Part shown: piece by piece, positions 44,180 through 53,449 of the stretch | How the letters are laid out: each line of letters begins with the position of its first letter | How positions within the stretch are numbered: position 1 is the first letter of the stretch | Origin: Nitrospirota bacterium | Lineage (GTDB): Bacteria; Nitrospirota; Nitrospiria; Nitrospirales; NS-4 | Length of the DNA stretch: 64,000 nt | Assembly (NCBI GenBank): GCA_963788195.1 | Contig: CAWBGA010000013.1 | Location: 352,001-416,000 of the forward strand | Direction: 5' to 3' | Notes under the pieces: generated by a model | What the model saw: only the letters and a program-made list of their open reading frames with translations | The model's database searches: none | What the model was told of the DNA's origin: nothing | Translations under genes and position numbers: made by a program

Positions 44180-45375
44180 TGGCCTTAGCGGCGGAGTCGG
44201 CGGCATTGCCGGGGGAGACGCAGGCCCCAGTTGAAAAGGTTCTTCTGGTGGATGACAACCCGCAGAGCTTGCTGGCCCTGGAGGCGATCCTGGAGGGGTC
44301 CGATCGCGGGATCGTCAAGGCATCCTCGGGCGAAGAGGCGCTCAAGCATTTGTTGGAACAGCAATTCGCAGTGATCCTACTCGACATCAAGATGGCCGGC
44401 ATCGACGGCTATGAAACTGCGAAAATAATCCGAGAGCGAGAAAAGACCCGGGACATCCCCATCATTTTCTTGACCAGCTATAACAAAGCAGACGCTCAAA
44501 TCGCCAAAGGCTACGCCTACGGCGCCGTGGACTACATCATCAAGCCGGTCGTTCCGGAGACACTTCGCTCAAAGGTCGCTGTCTTCATCGAGTTGGCACG
44601 GCGGACAGCGGCCTTGCGCCAAAAAAATATGCAGTTGGAGGCAGCGGAAGCGGCCCTTCAGGCGCGCACGCGAGAACTTGCGGAGCGAGTGGAAGAGTTG
44701 GCCCGGTCCAACGCAGAACTGGAGCGCTTTGCCTATGTGGCCTCGCACGACCTGAAGGAGCCTCTTCGGATGGTCACGAGTTACACGAGCCTCCTGGCCC
44801 GTCGTTATAAGGGGAAGCTCGACAGTGACGCCGATGCGTTTATCAATTACGCCGTCGACGGGGCTGTTCGCATGGAACAACTCATTCAGGATCTGCTGCT
44901 CTATAGCCGCGCGGGGATTCGGGACTGGTGTTGTAAGCCTGTGGACTGCGAAGTCGTACTCGCTCGCGCGCTCGCCAACCTTCAGACGGCGCTCGAGGAG
45001 ACCGGCGCACGTGTCACTCACGATCCTCTTCCAACGGTGAAGGCAGACGACACGCAGTTGGTACAGGTTTTCCAAAACCTGATCGGCAACGGGATCAAGT
45101 TTCGAAGTGAGCTGACGCCGAACATCCATGTCTCCGTCAAAAATCAGGAGACAGAGTGGGTCCTTGCGATCCAGGATAACGGTATCGGCATCGACCCCGC
45201 GTACGCCGACCGGATTTTCGTGATCTTCCAGCGGTTACACACCCGTGCCGATTATCCTGGCAATGGCATCGGTCTCGCGATCTGCAAAAAGGTCATCGAG
45301 AACCACGGGGGACGAATCTGGCTCAAGTCACTGCCCCGCAAAGGCGCCACCTTTTATTTTACGATCCCCAAATAG
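44179..45375 (+). CDS. Receiver + histidine kinase hybrid (paralog of 36207-37376)
   Basis: [39 protein letters not shown] overlaps the cheR stop. Confidence 0.93.
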   Translation: MALAAESAALPGETQAPVEKVLLVDDNPQSLLALEAILEGSDRGIVKASSGEEALKHLLEQQFAVILLDIKMAGIDGYETAKIIREREKTRDIPIIFLTSYNKADAQIAKGYAYGAVDYIIKPVVPETLRSKVAVFIELARRTAALRQKNMQLEAAEAALQARTRELAERVEELARSNAELERFAYVASHDLKEPLRMVTSYTSLLARRYKGKLDSDADAFINYAVDGAVRMEQLIQDLLLYSRAGIRDWCCKPVDCEVVLARALANLQTALEETGARVTHDPLPTVKADDTQLVQVFQNLIGNGIKFRSELTPNIHVSVKNQETEWVLAIQDNGIGIDPAYADRIFVIFQRLHTRADYPGNGIGLAICKKVIENHGGRIWLKSLPRKGATFYFTIPK

Positions 45376-45455
45376 AACTCACCCCGGGATCAGATGACAC
45401 CCATGGATACTCGGCAAAGAATTACTTCTTAACAATCAGTGAGAAAGGGGAAATT

Positions 45456-45800
45456 ATGGCGGAGATCACGACACCGACGGGCCTCAAATATGAGGATCTC
45501 GTGGAGGGGACAGGGGATTCGGCGAAGGCCGGTCAGATGATCAGTGTGCACTATACAGGATGGCTCACCGATGGCAAAAAGTTCGATTCCAGTAAAGACC
45601 GCGGGCAGCCGTTCCCTTTTGCCCTTGGACAGGGTCAGGTCATCAAAGGATGGGATGAAGGGGTACAAGGAATGAAGGTCGGAGGAAAACGAAAGCTCAC
45701 GATTCCACCCCAGCTAGGGTACGGGTCCCGCGGGGCTGGTGGTGCGATTCCGCCGGGTGCAACCTTGGTTTTTGAAGTGGAGTTACTGAAAATCGGGTAA
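45456..45800 (+). CDS. FKBP-type peptidyl-prolyl cis-trans isomerase
   Basis: VHYTGWL...FDSS...VIKGWDEG...IPPQLGYG...LVFEVELL. Confidence 0.97.
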   Translation: MAEITTPTGLKYEDLVEGTGDSAKAGQMISVHYTGWLTDGKKFDSSKDRGQPFPFALGQGQVIKGWDEGVQGMKVGGKRKLTIPPQLGYGSRGAGGAIPPGATLVFEVELLKIG

Positions 45801-46265
45801 GGACTTTTGGTCAGGGCCGCGATATTTTGCGAAACAAATAAAATCTGTATGGTCATAGTGGTCCGGCAGCACGGTTTCCGGCCGGTACCCGAGTCTTAGA
45901 AACAATGCGACATTGCGGGATGTGGTCAGCATTGTGCAGACGTAAAGCTTATGAGCATTGGTTGCCGTTCGCTCAATTTCCTGCATGAGCGCTTTGCCGA
46001 TGCCACGGCCCTGGTATTCCCGGCTCACCGAGAGCAAACGAATCACGCACACGCCGCCTGCCACCCAGAATCGCACTGATCCCACCAGCCGGTCGTCCCA
46101 CTCAGCTACAAGTATCACCTTGTCCAGCGCATTGAGTCTGATGTTCTCCAGCGTTTCCTTCGTCCAGGCGCTTATGTCGTAGGTTCCTTGATACTCGCCG
46201 AAAGCTTCGGCCTGGATTTTTAAGATCTCTGGAAAATCACGCTCCGTGGCGTGCCTAATTTTCAT
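45783..46265 (-). CDS. GNAT family N-acetyltransferase
   Basis: [15 protein letters not shown] acetyl-CoA motif [11 protein letters not shown]. Confidence 0.9.
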   Translation of the reverse strand: MKIRHATERDFPEILKIQAEAFGEYQGTYDISAWTKETLENIRLNALDKVILVAEWDDRLVGSVRFWVAGGVCVIRLLSVSREYQGRGIGKALMQEIERTATNAHKLYVCTMLTTSRNVALFLRLGYRPETVLPDHYDHTDFICFAKYRGPDQKSLPDFQ

Positions 46266-46318
46266 GTCAGCCTCTGCCTCAGTCATAACCGGTCAGGCAG
46301 GAGCCTGGCAAGTCCGAC

Positions 46319-46504
46319 ACGGGAAAAACGAACTCGAAAGGGGAAAAGGAGTTTGTCTTGTGAAGCTACGACTTGAGATGAGAGGCATAAATAAAGAGCA
46401 GAGAAAGTACCCCGGCGGCCTCAAATAATCATCAGGCCTTCGGGTCGAGCAAGCTTTGTTTGGTGGGTGAGTGCGATGAGCCTCGGGGTTGGCGGGTGCA
46501 ATAG
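46319..46504 (-). repeat. Intergenic mosaic repeat sharing three modules with 23256-23567
   Basis: Reverse complement contains GCTTGCTCGACC, GGCCTGATGATTATTTGAGGCCGCCGGGG..TTTCTCTGCTCTTT and GACAAACTCCTTT.CCCCT..CGAGTTCGT. Confidence 0.8.
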
Positions 46505-46684
46505 CGGCGGAGGAGTCCGTCCGGGAACCCGCTGCGAGCAAGCAAGATGTCGAAAAGACTCCAGGGATGAACAGGTGGGCGTGGGACGTGGGCGCTGCAA
46601 TAGCCACACAGTTGCTGAAAGCACCCGTTTCTGAAAAACTAGTTTATGGTTCTGATGCATAGCGCGAACGTTTGGAGGAGAGCC

Positions 46685-47353
46685 ATGACTAAAAATCCGT
46701 CGCTGCATACGGCGTTCATAGCACTCATCGGTGGATGGATCGGAGGACTGTTGTCAAGCATCATGCTCCAGGGTCATCCCGTGCTGGCTGAGCAGGCTTT
46801 TCCTGCGACGACAGTGACCGCTCAGGAATTCCGGGTCGTTGAGAAGGATGGAACCTTGCGCACTATTATCGGAATGCAGTCCGACGGCACGTCCGGCGCT
46901 ACGTTTTACGATCCTCGCGGAAAAATCCGTGCAGAAATGGGGGTCAACGCAGCCGGTGTTTCTGAGCTTGCCTTATATGATCAGCACGGAAAGCAGCGAA
47001 AGCCCGAGAGCTTTGCATATATGTTCGTTTTGCCAAACGGAGGACCGCGCTTAAGCCTTATTGGAGACGCGGCTAATCTCACCATCGCCAGCGAACGGCG
47101 GGCCGGGTATGCGACATTGAAAATCGAGCCGGACAATAATCCGGTCCTCAGCCTTGAAGGCGAGAATAAGGGCGCCGCCTTGCTCACCATGCTGCAGGAC
47201 GGCTCGCCGAGCTTTACTCTCTACGACCCTGAGGGCTATCGCCGGGCGGCACTGGAGATTAAAGAGCACCGCGTTCCGGGGAAAGGGCCCTTGGCGAGAT
47301 CCACCCTCACACTTTACGATCCGAATGAGAAAATTATTTGGTCGGCGCCATGA
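46685..47353 (+). CDS. Membrane-anchored/exported hypothetical protein with repeated (L/F)YDxxGxxR beta motifs
   Basis: RBS GGAGGAG; N-terminal hydrophobic helix; FYDPRGKIR, LYDQHGKQR, LYDPEGYRR, LYDPNEK. Confidence 0.7.
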   Translation: MTKNPSLHTAFIALIGGWIGGLLSSIMLQGHPVLAEQAFPATTVTAQEFRVVEKDGTLRTIIGMQSDGTSGATFYDPRGKIRAEMGVNAAGVSELALYDQHGKQRKPESFAYMFVLPNGGPRLSLIGDAANLTIASERRAGYATLKIEPDNNPVLSLEGENKGAALLTMLQDGSPSFTLYDPEGYRRAALEIKEHRVPGKGPLARSTLTLYDPNEKIIWSAP

Positions 47354-47440
47354 CGGATTGGATTGAAACATACTGCGAAAGTGTTTGAGTCGTTCCGATC
47401 GGCCTTGATTGCGCAGATCAACAGGACATAGACTTAAGGC

Positions 47441-48214
47441 ATGCAAAGAACCCAGTATCTGTTTCTGACCGCCTCCATGTGGCTTTGCTGCGTCACGGCC
47501 TGCTCAGGTCCTTCCAACCGGATTGCGGATTATCTCGTTGGCTTTGAGCCGCACGCAGGCCAACAATCCCTCGCCCTGCCGCTTGTCGTGGGCCTCGTGA
47601 TTGCGTTGCCGGAAGCGGAGCTAGGCAAAACCACAACGCCGTCCGTCCAGGAATTCGAGGGCATTGCGGAGCGGATCAAAAAGGAATTAGAGGTCTCCCC
47701 CAATATCAAAGTCGGTCGAATTTTCCCTCCATTCATCATTCCCGCGGGCGGGATTGGGGCGCTGAGTCTGGAGCGTCTACGTCGGACAGCGATGGACCCG
47801 GCCCTGCCTCGGATCGTTGTCGCGGTGCCCACGTCTCAGGGTGCGCGGAAAGTCTATTTCTGGCGGATTGAGGACCAGCTCTTCGCCCGCATGGACGGGG
47901 CGCTCGTGGATCTTGGCACCGGCCAGGTGCTGGCCGGCGACGGGGGGCAGGACGACTACATCCTTGCGCAATCGTACTATGACTTCTCCTATCCGCGTCT
48001 GTATTACCGAACCTTCACCGTGGCGGGGCCGTTTACAATCGTGAGCGGGGACCCTTTTAAAGCCCTGGGGAACGCGGCCTTCTCGGGGGCAGCCGATCAA
48101 ATCGGCATGAAGATGCGACAGTTACTTGATCCTACCCCTCAAGCTCAGGTAGCTGTGACGGAGTACAGGCTCTTGACCGGTCGCATGAATGCGGGTATGA
48201 GTGCGAGCCGGTAG
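47441..48214 (+). CDS. Hypothetical lipoprotein
   Basis: Lipobox VTAC after a hydrophobic leader. Confidence 0.65.
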   Translation: MQRTQYLFLTASMWLCCVTACSGPSNRIADYLVGFEPHAGQQSLALPLVVGLVIALPEAELGKTTTPSVQEFEGIAERIKKELEVSPNIKVGRIFPPFIIPAGGIGALSLERLRRTAMDPALPRIVVAVPTSQGARKVYFWRIEDQLFARMDGALVDLGTGQVLAGDGGQDDYILAQSYYDFSYPRLYYRTFTVAGPFTIVSGDPFKALGNAAFSGAADQIGMKMRQLLDPTPQAQVAVTEYRLLTGRMNAGMSASR

Positions 48215-48222
48215 AGTAAGAG

Positions 48223-48732
48223 TCAAAACCGGGTTAATTGTGCCGCCAGCATAGAGGCGACTTGCTGAAGATCAAATGGCCAGGCGTAACGTAAGTCAAT
48301 CTCGGGATGCTTGCTTCGCAGACGCGCAAGCGTCTCAGGAATCTCCCGTTCCGAATGGGATCCCCCGGGCGTGAACATTGACGGCACCACGCGGATCTGC
48401 CGAGCCCCCGCTGCAATCAATGTTTCCACCGCTTCTTCCACAGTCGGGGCGCAAAATTCATTGTATGCAATCGCGAAAAGTTCCCCGTTGAAAGCCGGCT
48501 TCAGGTGCGCGGCAAGCGATTCGAGGCCGGCTTGGTAGGGGTCGTTCTCCGGCGTGCGCGGCCATTGCCTGATCCGGCGGTCAAGGGCCGTTTCCTCGGG
48601 TGTCGGGTCTCCGCCCGTCGCGCGCCGCTTGCTCTCCAGTGTTTTGAGCGCGTTGAGTGCTTCCCTTGGATAGTCGGTGGGGACGCCTCCATGGCCCACA
48701 AGAACTACTCCGCATTGGGGATGTTCATTCAT
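48223..48732 (-). CDS. CbiX/SirB-family chelatase (short form)
   Basis: VLVGHG, AYNEFCAPT, VPSMFTPGGSHSEREIP. Confidence 0.85.
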   Translation of the reverse strand: MNEHPQCGVVLVGHGGVPTDYPREALNALKTLESKRRATGGDPTPEETALDRRIRQWPRTPENDPYQAGLESLAAHLKPAFNGELFAIAYNEFCAPTVEEAVETLIAAGARQIRVVPSMFTPGGSHSEREIPETLARLRSKHPEIDLRYAWPFDLQQVASMLAAQLTRF

Positions 48733-48796
48733 GATATTCTGGCTCCTTGTGTGCCCTATTGTACGATAACGCGCCGCTGCTGATTCAACAAGCTCT

Positions 48797-49297
48797 ATGA
48801 AATCCGGCATTGATCCCGCAGTTGTTCTTCACCCGGAGCGCCCGAACCCCACATATCCGTCCCACACGGCGATGAGGGGCCGCCTTGCCGGCGCTGAGGG
48901 CGTCTCGCCAGCCTCCACTTCTTCAAAGATCTCCGCCGTTGATCTGCGAGGATCAACGGTGGTCTTGACTCTCTCGGAAGCGGTCGATAAGACCAAGGCT
49001 GAAAATCCTAAAAATTACCTGGTTACGATCAATGGCGGAAGCCACATCCTTCCTGGCGGTGCTGTCTCGTACGACTCCGCGACCAGACGCGTCACGCTTC
49101 GAGGCATTCCGTTCCGGCACCGAGACCACATCGGCGTCACGGTGCTGGGGCTCTGGGATCGAATGAAGGATATCCCCGGGCCGTCGGTCAGCTGCATCGC
49201 CCGGGTTCCAGCGTGGCCCCATCTGCGCTCCACGGTTCTGATATTCGTCGCGACTCTCGCAGTGATTCTTGCCCTCCTGCTTACACTGTTGCTATGA
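48797..49297 (+). CDS. Hypothetical protein, Ig-like beta domain with C-terminal TM helix
   Basis: VVLTLSEAVDKTKAENPKNY...VSYDSATRRVTL; hydrophobic C-terminus; stop overlaps the tldD ATG. Confidence 0.55.
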   Translation: MKSGIDPAVVLHPERPNPTYPSHTAMRGRLAGAEGVSPASTSSKISAVDLRGSTVVLTLSEAVDKTKAENPKNYLVTINGGSHILPGGAVSYDSATRRVTLRGIPFRHRDHIGVTVLGLWDRMKDIPGPSVSCIARVPAWPHLRSTVLIFVATLAVILALLLTLLL

Positions 49298-50748
49298 GCC
49301 GCACTGATTGGGAGGAACTTGCCGAAACTGTCCTGCACCGCATCAAGGCGGCCGGCGCGGAGTACGGGGACATCCGGTTCTTGCATAGTTCCTCCGAGAT
49401 CGTCAGAGGGGAGGATCAGCGTATCGCGCAACTGCATGACAGCCAGGACGTCGGATTTGGGGTACGGGTGCTCTATCGAGGCGCCTGGGGGTTCGCGGCG
49501 AGCTCTGTGATCTCACCAGAAGAGGTTCCCCTGGTCGCCGACCTGGCCCTTGAGATTGCGAAGGGATCGGCGACGCTGACGCGCGAGCCCGTTCATCTTG
49601 CGTCGGAGCCAATACACACAGACTCGATTTCAATACCGTATCGTCTCGATCCGTTTACCGTTCCGCTCGAAGAAAAAACGCGCTTGCTTTTGGAAACGAT
49701 GGAAATCCTCCATCGTCAATCCGGCATTTTCAGGAGCCGCGCGAGCATATGGGCGCGCCGAGATCGCAAATTCTTTGCATCCACGGAGGGGGGCCGCATC
49801 CACTTTGACCTTCTTGCGGTGCAGGGGGAGTTTGAAGCCACGGCGATGCATGATGGGCGCTTTGCCTCGCGGAGCTTTAGCACCCCGCATCGCCGCGCAG
49901 GGTATGAGGCGATTCAGGAAGCGGGCTTTCTTCGTGAAGCCCCGCGCGTGGCCGCTCAAGCACGAGAGAAAGTCCTGGCGCCGGCGGTAGATGCAGGCGA
50001 ATATGATCTCGTGCTGGATCCGGAACATCTGTCCCTGACAATTCACGAGTCATGCGGACATCCGAGCGAGCTTGACCGGGCTTTGGGGTACGAGGCGAAC
50101 TACGCCGGCACAAGCTTCCTCACGCCCGACAAGCGCGGTTGGTTTCGCTATGGTTCGCGGCATGTGACGATGGTGGCGGATAACACCGAGCCCGAGACCC
50201 TAGCCGCCACGGGGTACGATGACGATGGGGTGGCCTGTCAACGATGGGACATCATTCGCGAGGGAATTTTTGTCGACTACTGCACGAACCGGGAAGTCGC
50301 GCCGAAGATCGGGGAAGAACGATCGCGAGGCTCGAACCGGGCCGATGGCTGGGGAAGTATACCGATGGTCCGCATCGCGAACATCGGGCTGCAACCCGGC
50401 ACCGGCAGCCCGGAAGACATCATCGCGGACGTCCAGCGTGGGATCTACATAGAAGGACATGGCTCATTCAGCATCGACCAGCAGCGCTATAATTTCCAGT
50501 TTGGCGGGGATGCCTTCTGGCTGATCGAAAACGGCAAGCGGGTCCACATGCTGCGGGATGTAATCTATCATGGGATTACACCTGAGTTCTGGGGCTCGTG
50601 CGACGCGGTCGCAGGGCCGTCCCACCGACAACGGTATGGTTTCATCACATGCGGGAAGGGCCAGCCTGGACAATCGGGCTGGATGACGCATCCTGCCGCT
50701 CATGCGCGGTTTCGCCGTATCAGTGTGATCCGCGGCCAGGCCGAATGA
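49294..50748 (+). CDS. tldD: TldD family metalloprotease
   Basis: GFGVRVL...GAWGFA, HESCGHPSELD, GYDDDG, CGKGQPGQ. Confidence 0.93.
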   Translation: MSRTDWEELAETVLHRIKAAGAEYGDIRFLHSSSEIVRGEDQRIAQLHDSQDVGFGVRVLYRGAWGFAASSVISPEEVPLVADLALEIAKGSATLTREPVHLASEPIHTDSISIPYRLDPFTVPLEEKTRLLLETMEILHRQSGIFRSRASIWARRDRKFFASTEGGRIHFDLLAVQGEFEATAMHDGRFASRSFSTPHRRAGYEAIQEAGFLREAPRVAAQAREKVLAPAVDAGEYDLVLDPEHLSLTIHESCGHPSELDRALGYEANYAGTSFLTPDKRGWFRYGSRHVTMVADNTEPETLAATGYDDDGVACQRWDIIREGIFVDYCTNREVAPKIGEERSRGSNRADGWGSIPMVRIANIGLQPGTGSPEDIIADVQRGIYIEGHGSFSIDQQRYNFQFGGDAFWLIENGKRVHMLRDVIYHGITPEFWGSCDAVAGPSHRQRYGFITCGKGQPGQSGWMTHPAAHARFRRISVIRGQAE

Positions 50749-52067
50749 GCGGCGCGTTGGTTGATCAACCTGAGTTTCGTCGAGCCGCGGAGCTGATCCT
50801 CAAGGCCTCAACCGCTGAGCACACAACGATGTATCTGACCGACGTCTCATCGGGTACGACCCGCTTTGCAAATAATCAAGTCGTGCAGAATCTCACGACC
50901 CGCCGAAGTACGGTCGCGATTGATGTGGCCTATGGTCAACAGCATGGCTGTGCGACGACTACGGACCTTTCGGCCGGCGCGCTTCGTGACACCCTTCAGA
51001 GGGCCGAACGGGTGGCTCGTGCCGCGCCCGCCGACCCCGAGTTCCTGCCCCCACCTGGGCCCCAGGAATATCCTGAAGTCCCGGGCGCGTGTCCTGTGAC
51101 GATCGCAGCGGGACCCCCGCGGCGCCTGGCCGAAGCGCGTGCGGCGATCGAACTGTGCGTGGCCGAAGGGCTGACGGCCGCTGGGATTGTCGCAAACTCG
51201 TGGTCCGCCAGGGGGGTGGCCGCGAGCACTGGACTCTTTGGGTATGAGCAGCGGAGTGAGGGACGTTTCAGTGTGACGGCGATAGGGCAGGACTCAACCG
51301 GGTGGGCTGCAAACGCCCATCGGTCGATAGACCGTCTCGCCGTCCCAGAGCGCACCGCCCTGGCAATTAGGAAAGCCAAACGCGCGTCCAGTCCCCGAGA
51401 GATCGAGGCCGGCCGGTATACAGTCATTCTCGAACCTGCCGCGGTGGCTGGATTGCTCAGCACTATGATCTGGATGATGGATTCGAAGTCCTATTATAAG
51501 GGCGATAGCCCGTTTAGCGGCAAACTTGGGCAGGCCATCATGGATTCACGGCTGATGTTGCAAAACCGCCCTGATCATCCCGACCTCCTCGGGGCGCGGT
51601 TTACGTCTGACGGCTTGCCGACCAATGACTGCGCCTGGATCCAGAATGGGGTGCTGCGGGAATTGATGCACGACCGATTCACAGCGAAGCAACATCAGGT
51701 AGAGCGGATCTGCACGCTCGATGCGCCGTACTTATCTGCGGAGCGTGGGTCCGGCACCGTGGAGGATCTGATCAAGAAGACCTCCCGGGGCATCCTGGTG
51801 ACAAATTTCTGGTATATCAGAACCGTCAATCCAACGGACCTCACCCTGACCGGCATGACCCGCGACGGTACGTTCCTTGTGGAAGGCGGCGAGATCAATA
51901 CCGCTGTCAGAAATTTTCGCTTTCATGAAAGCCCAATGGGAGCGTTCAGTAGAATCCATGGTATCGGCACTCCCTCAGAAGCTAGCAGCACAGAATCGAG
52001 TACGAAGATGTTGCTGCCTCCCCTGACGATCGAGGACTTCAACTTCAGCAGCGTGACGCGATTTTAA
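50745..52067 (+). CDS. TldE/PmbA family partner
   Basis: TRFANNQV, GRYTVILEPAAV, LTGMTRDGTF, NFRF; lacks HExxxH; ATGA-coupled to tldD. Confidence 0.88.
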   Translation: MSGALVDQPEFRRAAELILKASTAEHTTMYLTDVSSGTTRFANNQVVQNLTTRRSTVAIDVAYGQQHGCATTTDLSAGALRDTLQRAERVARAAPADPEFLPPPGPQEYPEVPGACPVTIAAGPPRRLAEARAAIELCVAEGLTAAGIVANSWSARGVAASTGLFGYEQRSEGRFSVTAIGQDSTGWAANAHRSIDRLAVPERTALAIRKAKRASSPREIEAGRYTVILEPAAVAGLLSTMIWMMDSKSYYKGDSPFSGKLGQAIMDSRLMLQNRPDHPDLLGARFTSDGLPTNDCAWIQNGVLRELMHDRFTAKQHQVERICTLDAPYLSAERGSGTVEDLIKKTSRGILVTNFWYIRTVNPTDLTLTGMTRDGTFLVEGGEINTAVRNFRFHESPMGAFSRIHGIGTPSEASSTESSTKMLLPPLTIEDFNFSSVTRF

Positions 52068-52289
52068 TTGTTGCCTTCTGACGGACGTGCGATGTTCCAC
52101 GAAAGGATACGTATCCTGCACCAAGTGGATACAGGCGACCATGGTCTTTGAGCTGCCGAGGTCGACTCAATGGGTGAATTCAAAGAGCTTTTTGACAACC
52201 GGTCCTCGCGGCTGCGATGAGGGGTGCTGGCACCTTGATTGCGTAATTCAGTACAGTAGAGATTCCTTGTCAATAAAAGATCGAAAAAC

Positions 52290-53408
52290 ATGAAGACACC
52301 AGTAGCTTCGTACATTCACTCCGTTGTGATAGCCATTATGTTGCTGTTGGCGCTTCCCGCGCTGAGCGAGACGGCCGAACCACCGGCAGGCAAAGGTCCT
52401 CCTGTTGCGACGCTCAGCGTCCTCGCCGGGCCTGTCCACTACCTTGCAGCAGGCAGCCGACACAAGCAGGGGGCAAGAAACGGCGTGGACTTGGTGATCG
52501 GAGACCGGGTCATCACTGGCGAGAACGCCACGGCGCTCATCACCTTTCTGGACGGCACCACCGTGACGGTTCAGCCTGAATCGGAGATCGCCATCTCAAA
52601 AGCGGAGTCAAGTAACGGTAAAAATACACGTGTGAACATCCTATTGGGAACGGTCTGGGCCCGTGTGGTTCACGCTCTCGCACCCCGATCAACCTTTTCT
52701 CTGGCGGCCAACGCGGCCACGGCGACAGTTCATGACGCGATGGTCGCCGGCCATGACAGCCTTATCGGCGCACGAGTCAATCCGAACGGCAGTTTCGATT
52801 GTTGGACCCGGTCGGGCGTTTTGCACGTCAGAGACGATGACGGCCAGCGATATGTGACGCTTATGCCTGGTGAAAAAACCAAGGTTGAGCTTGGCAAATT
52901 CAATGCCCGTTTTGGTTTTCGCCTGGACCCTGACCCCGTGGCGCAACCGTTTTCTGTGAACCAAAGCATGTTGAGGATCACCACTTCGTCAAGTGTCTTT
53001 CCTTTGGTTTTCACAGAAGACAAAATGCACGCGGCCGGCTTCATGGGGCCTAACGGAGCCGTTCTGAACTACGTGTTCGGTTCGTACACGGGCGCACCAC
53101 AGGCCAGCGAGTTTGTTGTTGAAGTTCCGGCTGGTGTCGTCGGGCCTTTCGCGCTCTTTCTGGAAGGCGCCCGAGACGATGCGTACCACGTGACAATTGC
53201 GGGTTTGTACAATGGAGAGCAGGTCTACGTACAGAAGCTGTCCGGCACGATAAGGAAAGGCGAACGGGTCAGCCTTGAAATCACGCAACAGCTTGATCCG
53301 GAATTGGAGTCGTATCCGACCATGGCGAGAATCGTGGGCAGCCGTGTTGCACCGTTGGGACAAATGAGAAGCGCCGGCCAAACACTGCTTCACGGCGTCT
53401 CGAGATGA
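52290..53408 (+). CDS. Exported FecR-domain protein
   Basis: Signal peptide; GDRVITGENATALITFLDGT...SEI FecR-like motif. Confidence 0.75.
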   Translation: MKTPVASYIHSVVIAIMLLLALPALSETAEPPAGKGPPVATLSVLAGPVHYLAAGSRHKQGARNGVDLVIGDRVITGENATALITFLDGTTVTVQPESEIAISKAESSNGKNTRVNILLGTVWARVVHALAPRSTFSLAANAATATVHDAMVAGHDSLIGARVNPNGSFDCWTRSGVLHVRDDDGQRYVTLMPGEKTKVELGKFNARFGFRLDPDPVAQPFSVNQSMLRITTSSSVFPLVFTEDKMHAAGFMGPNGAVLNYVFGSYTGAPQASEFVVEVPAGVVGPFALFLEGARDDAYHVTIAGLYNGEQVYVQKLSGTIRKGERVSLEITQQLDPELESYPTMARIVGSRVAPLGQMRSAGQTLLHGVSR

Positions 53409-53449
53409 TTCTGGTCTCGATGACGCGCTGACCCCGCAACTGGCGACTG

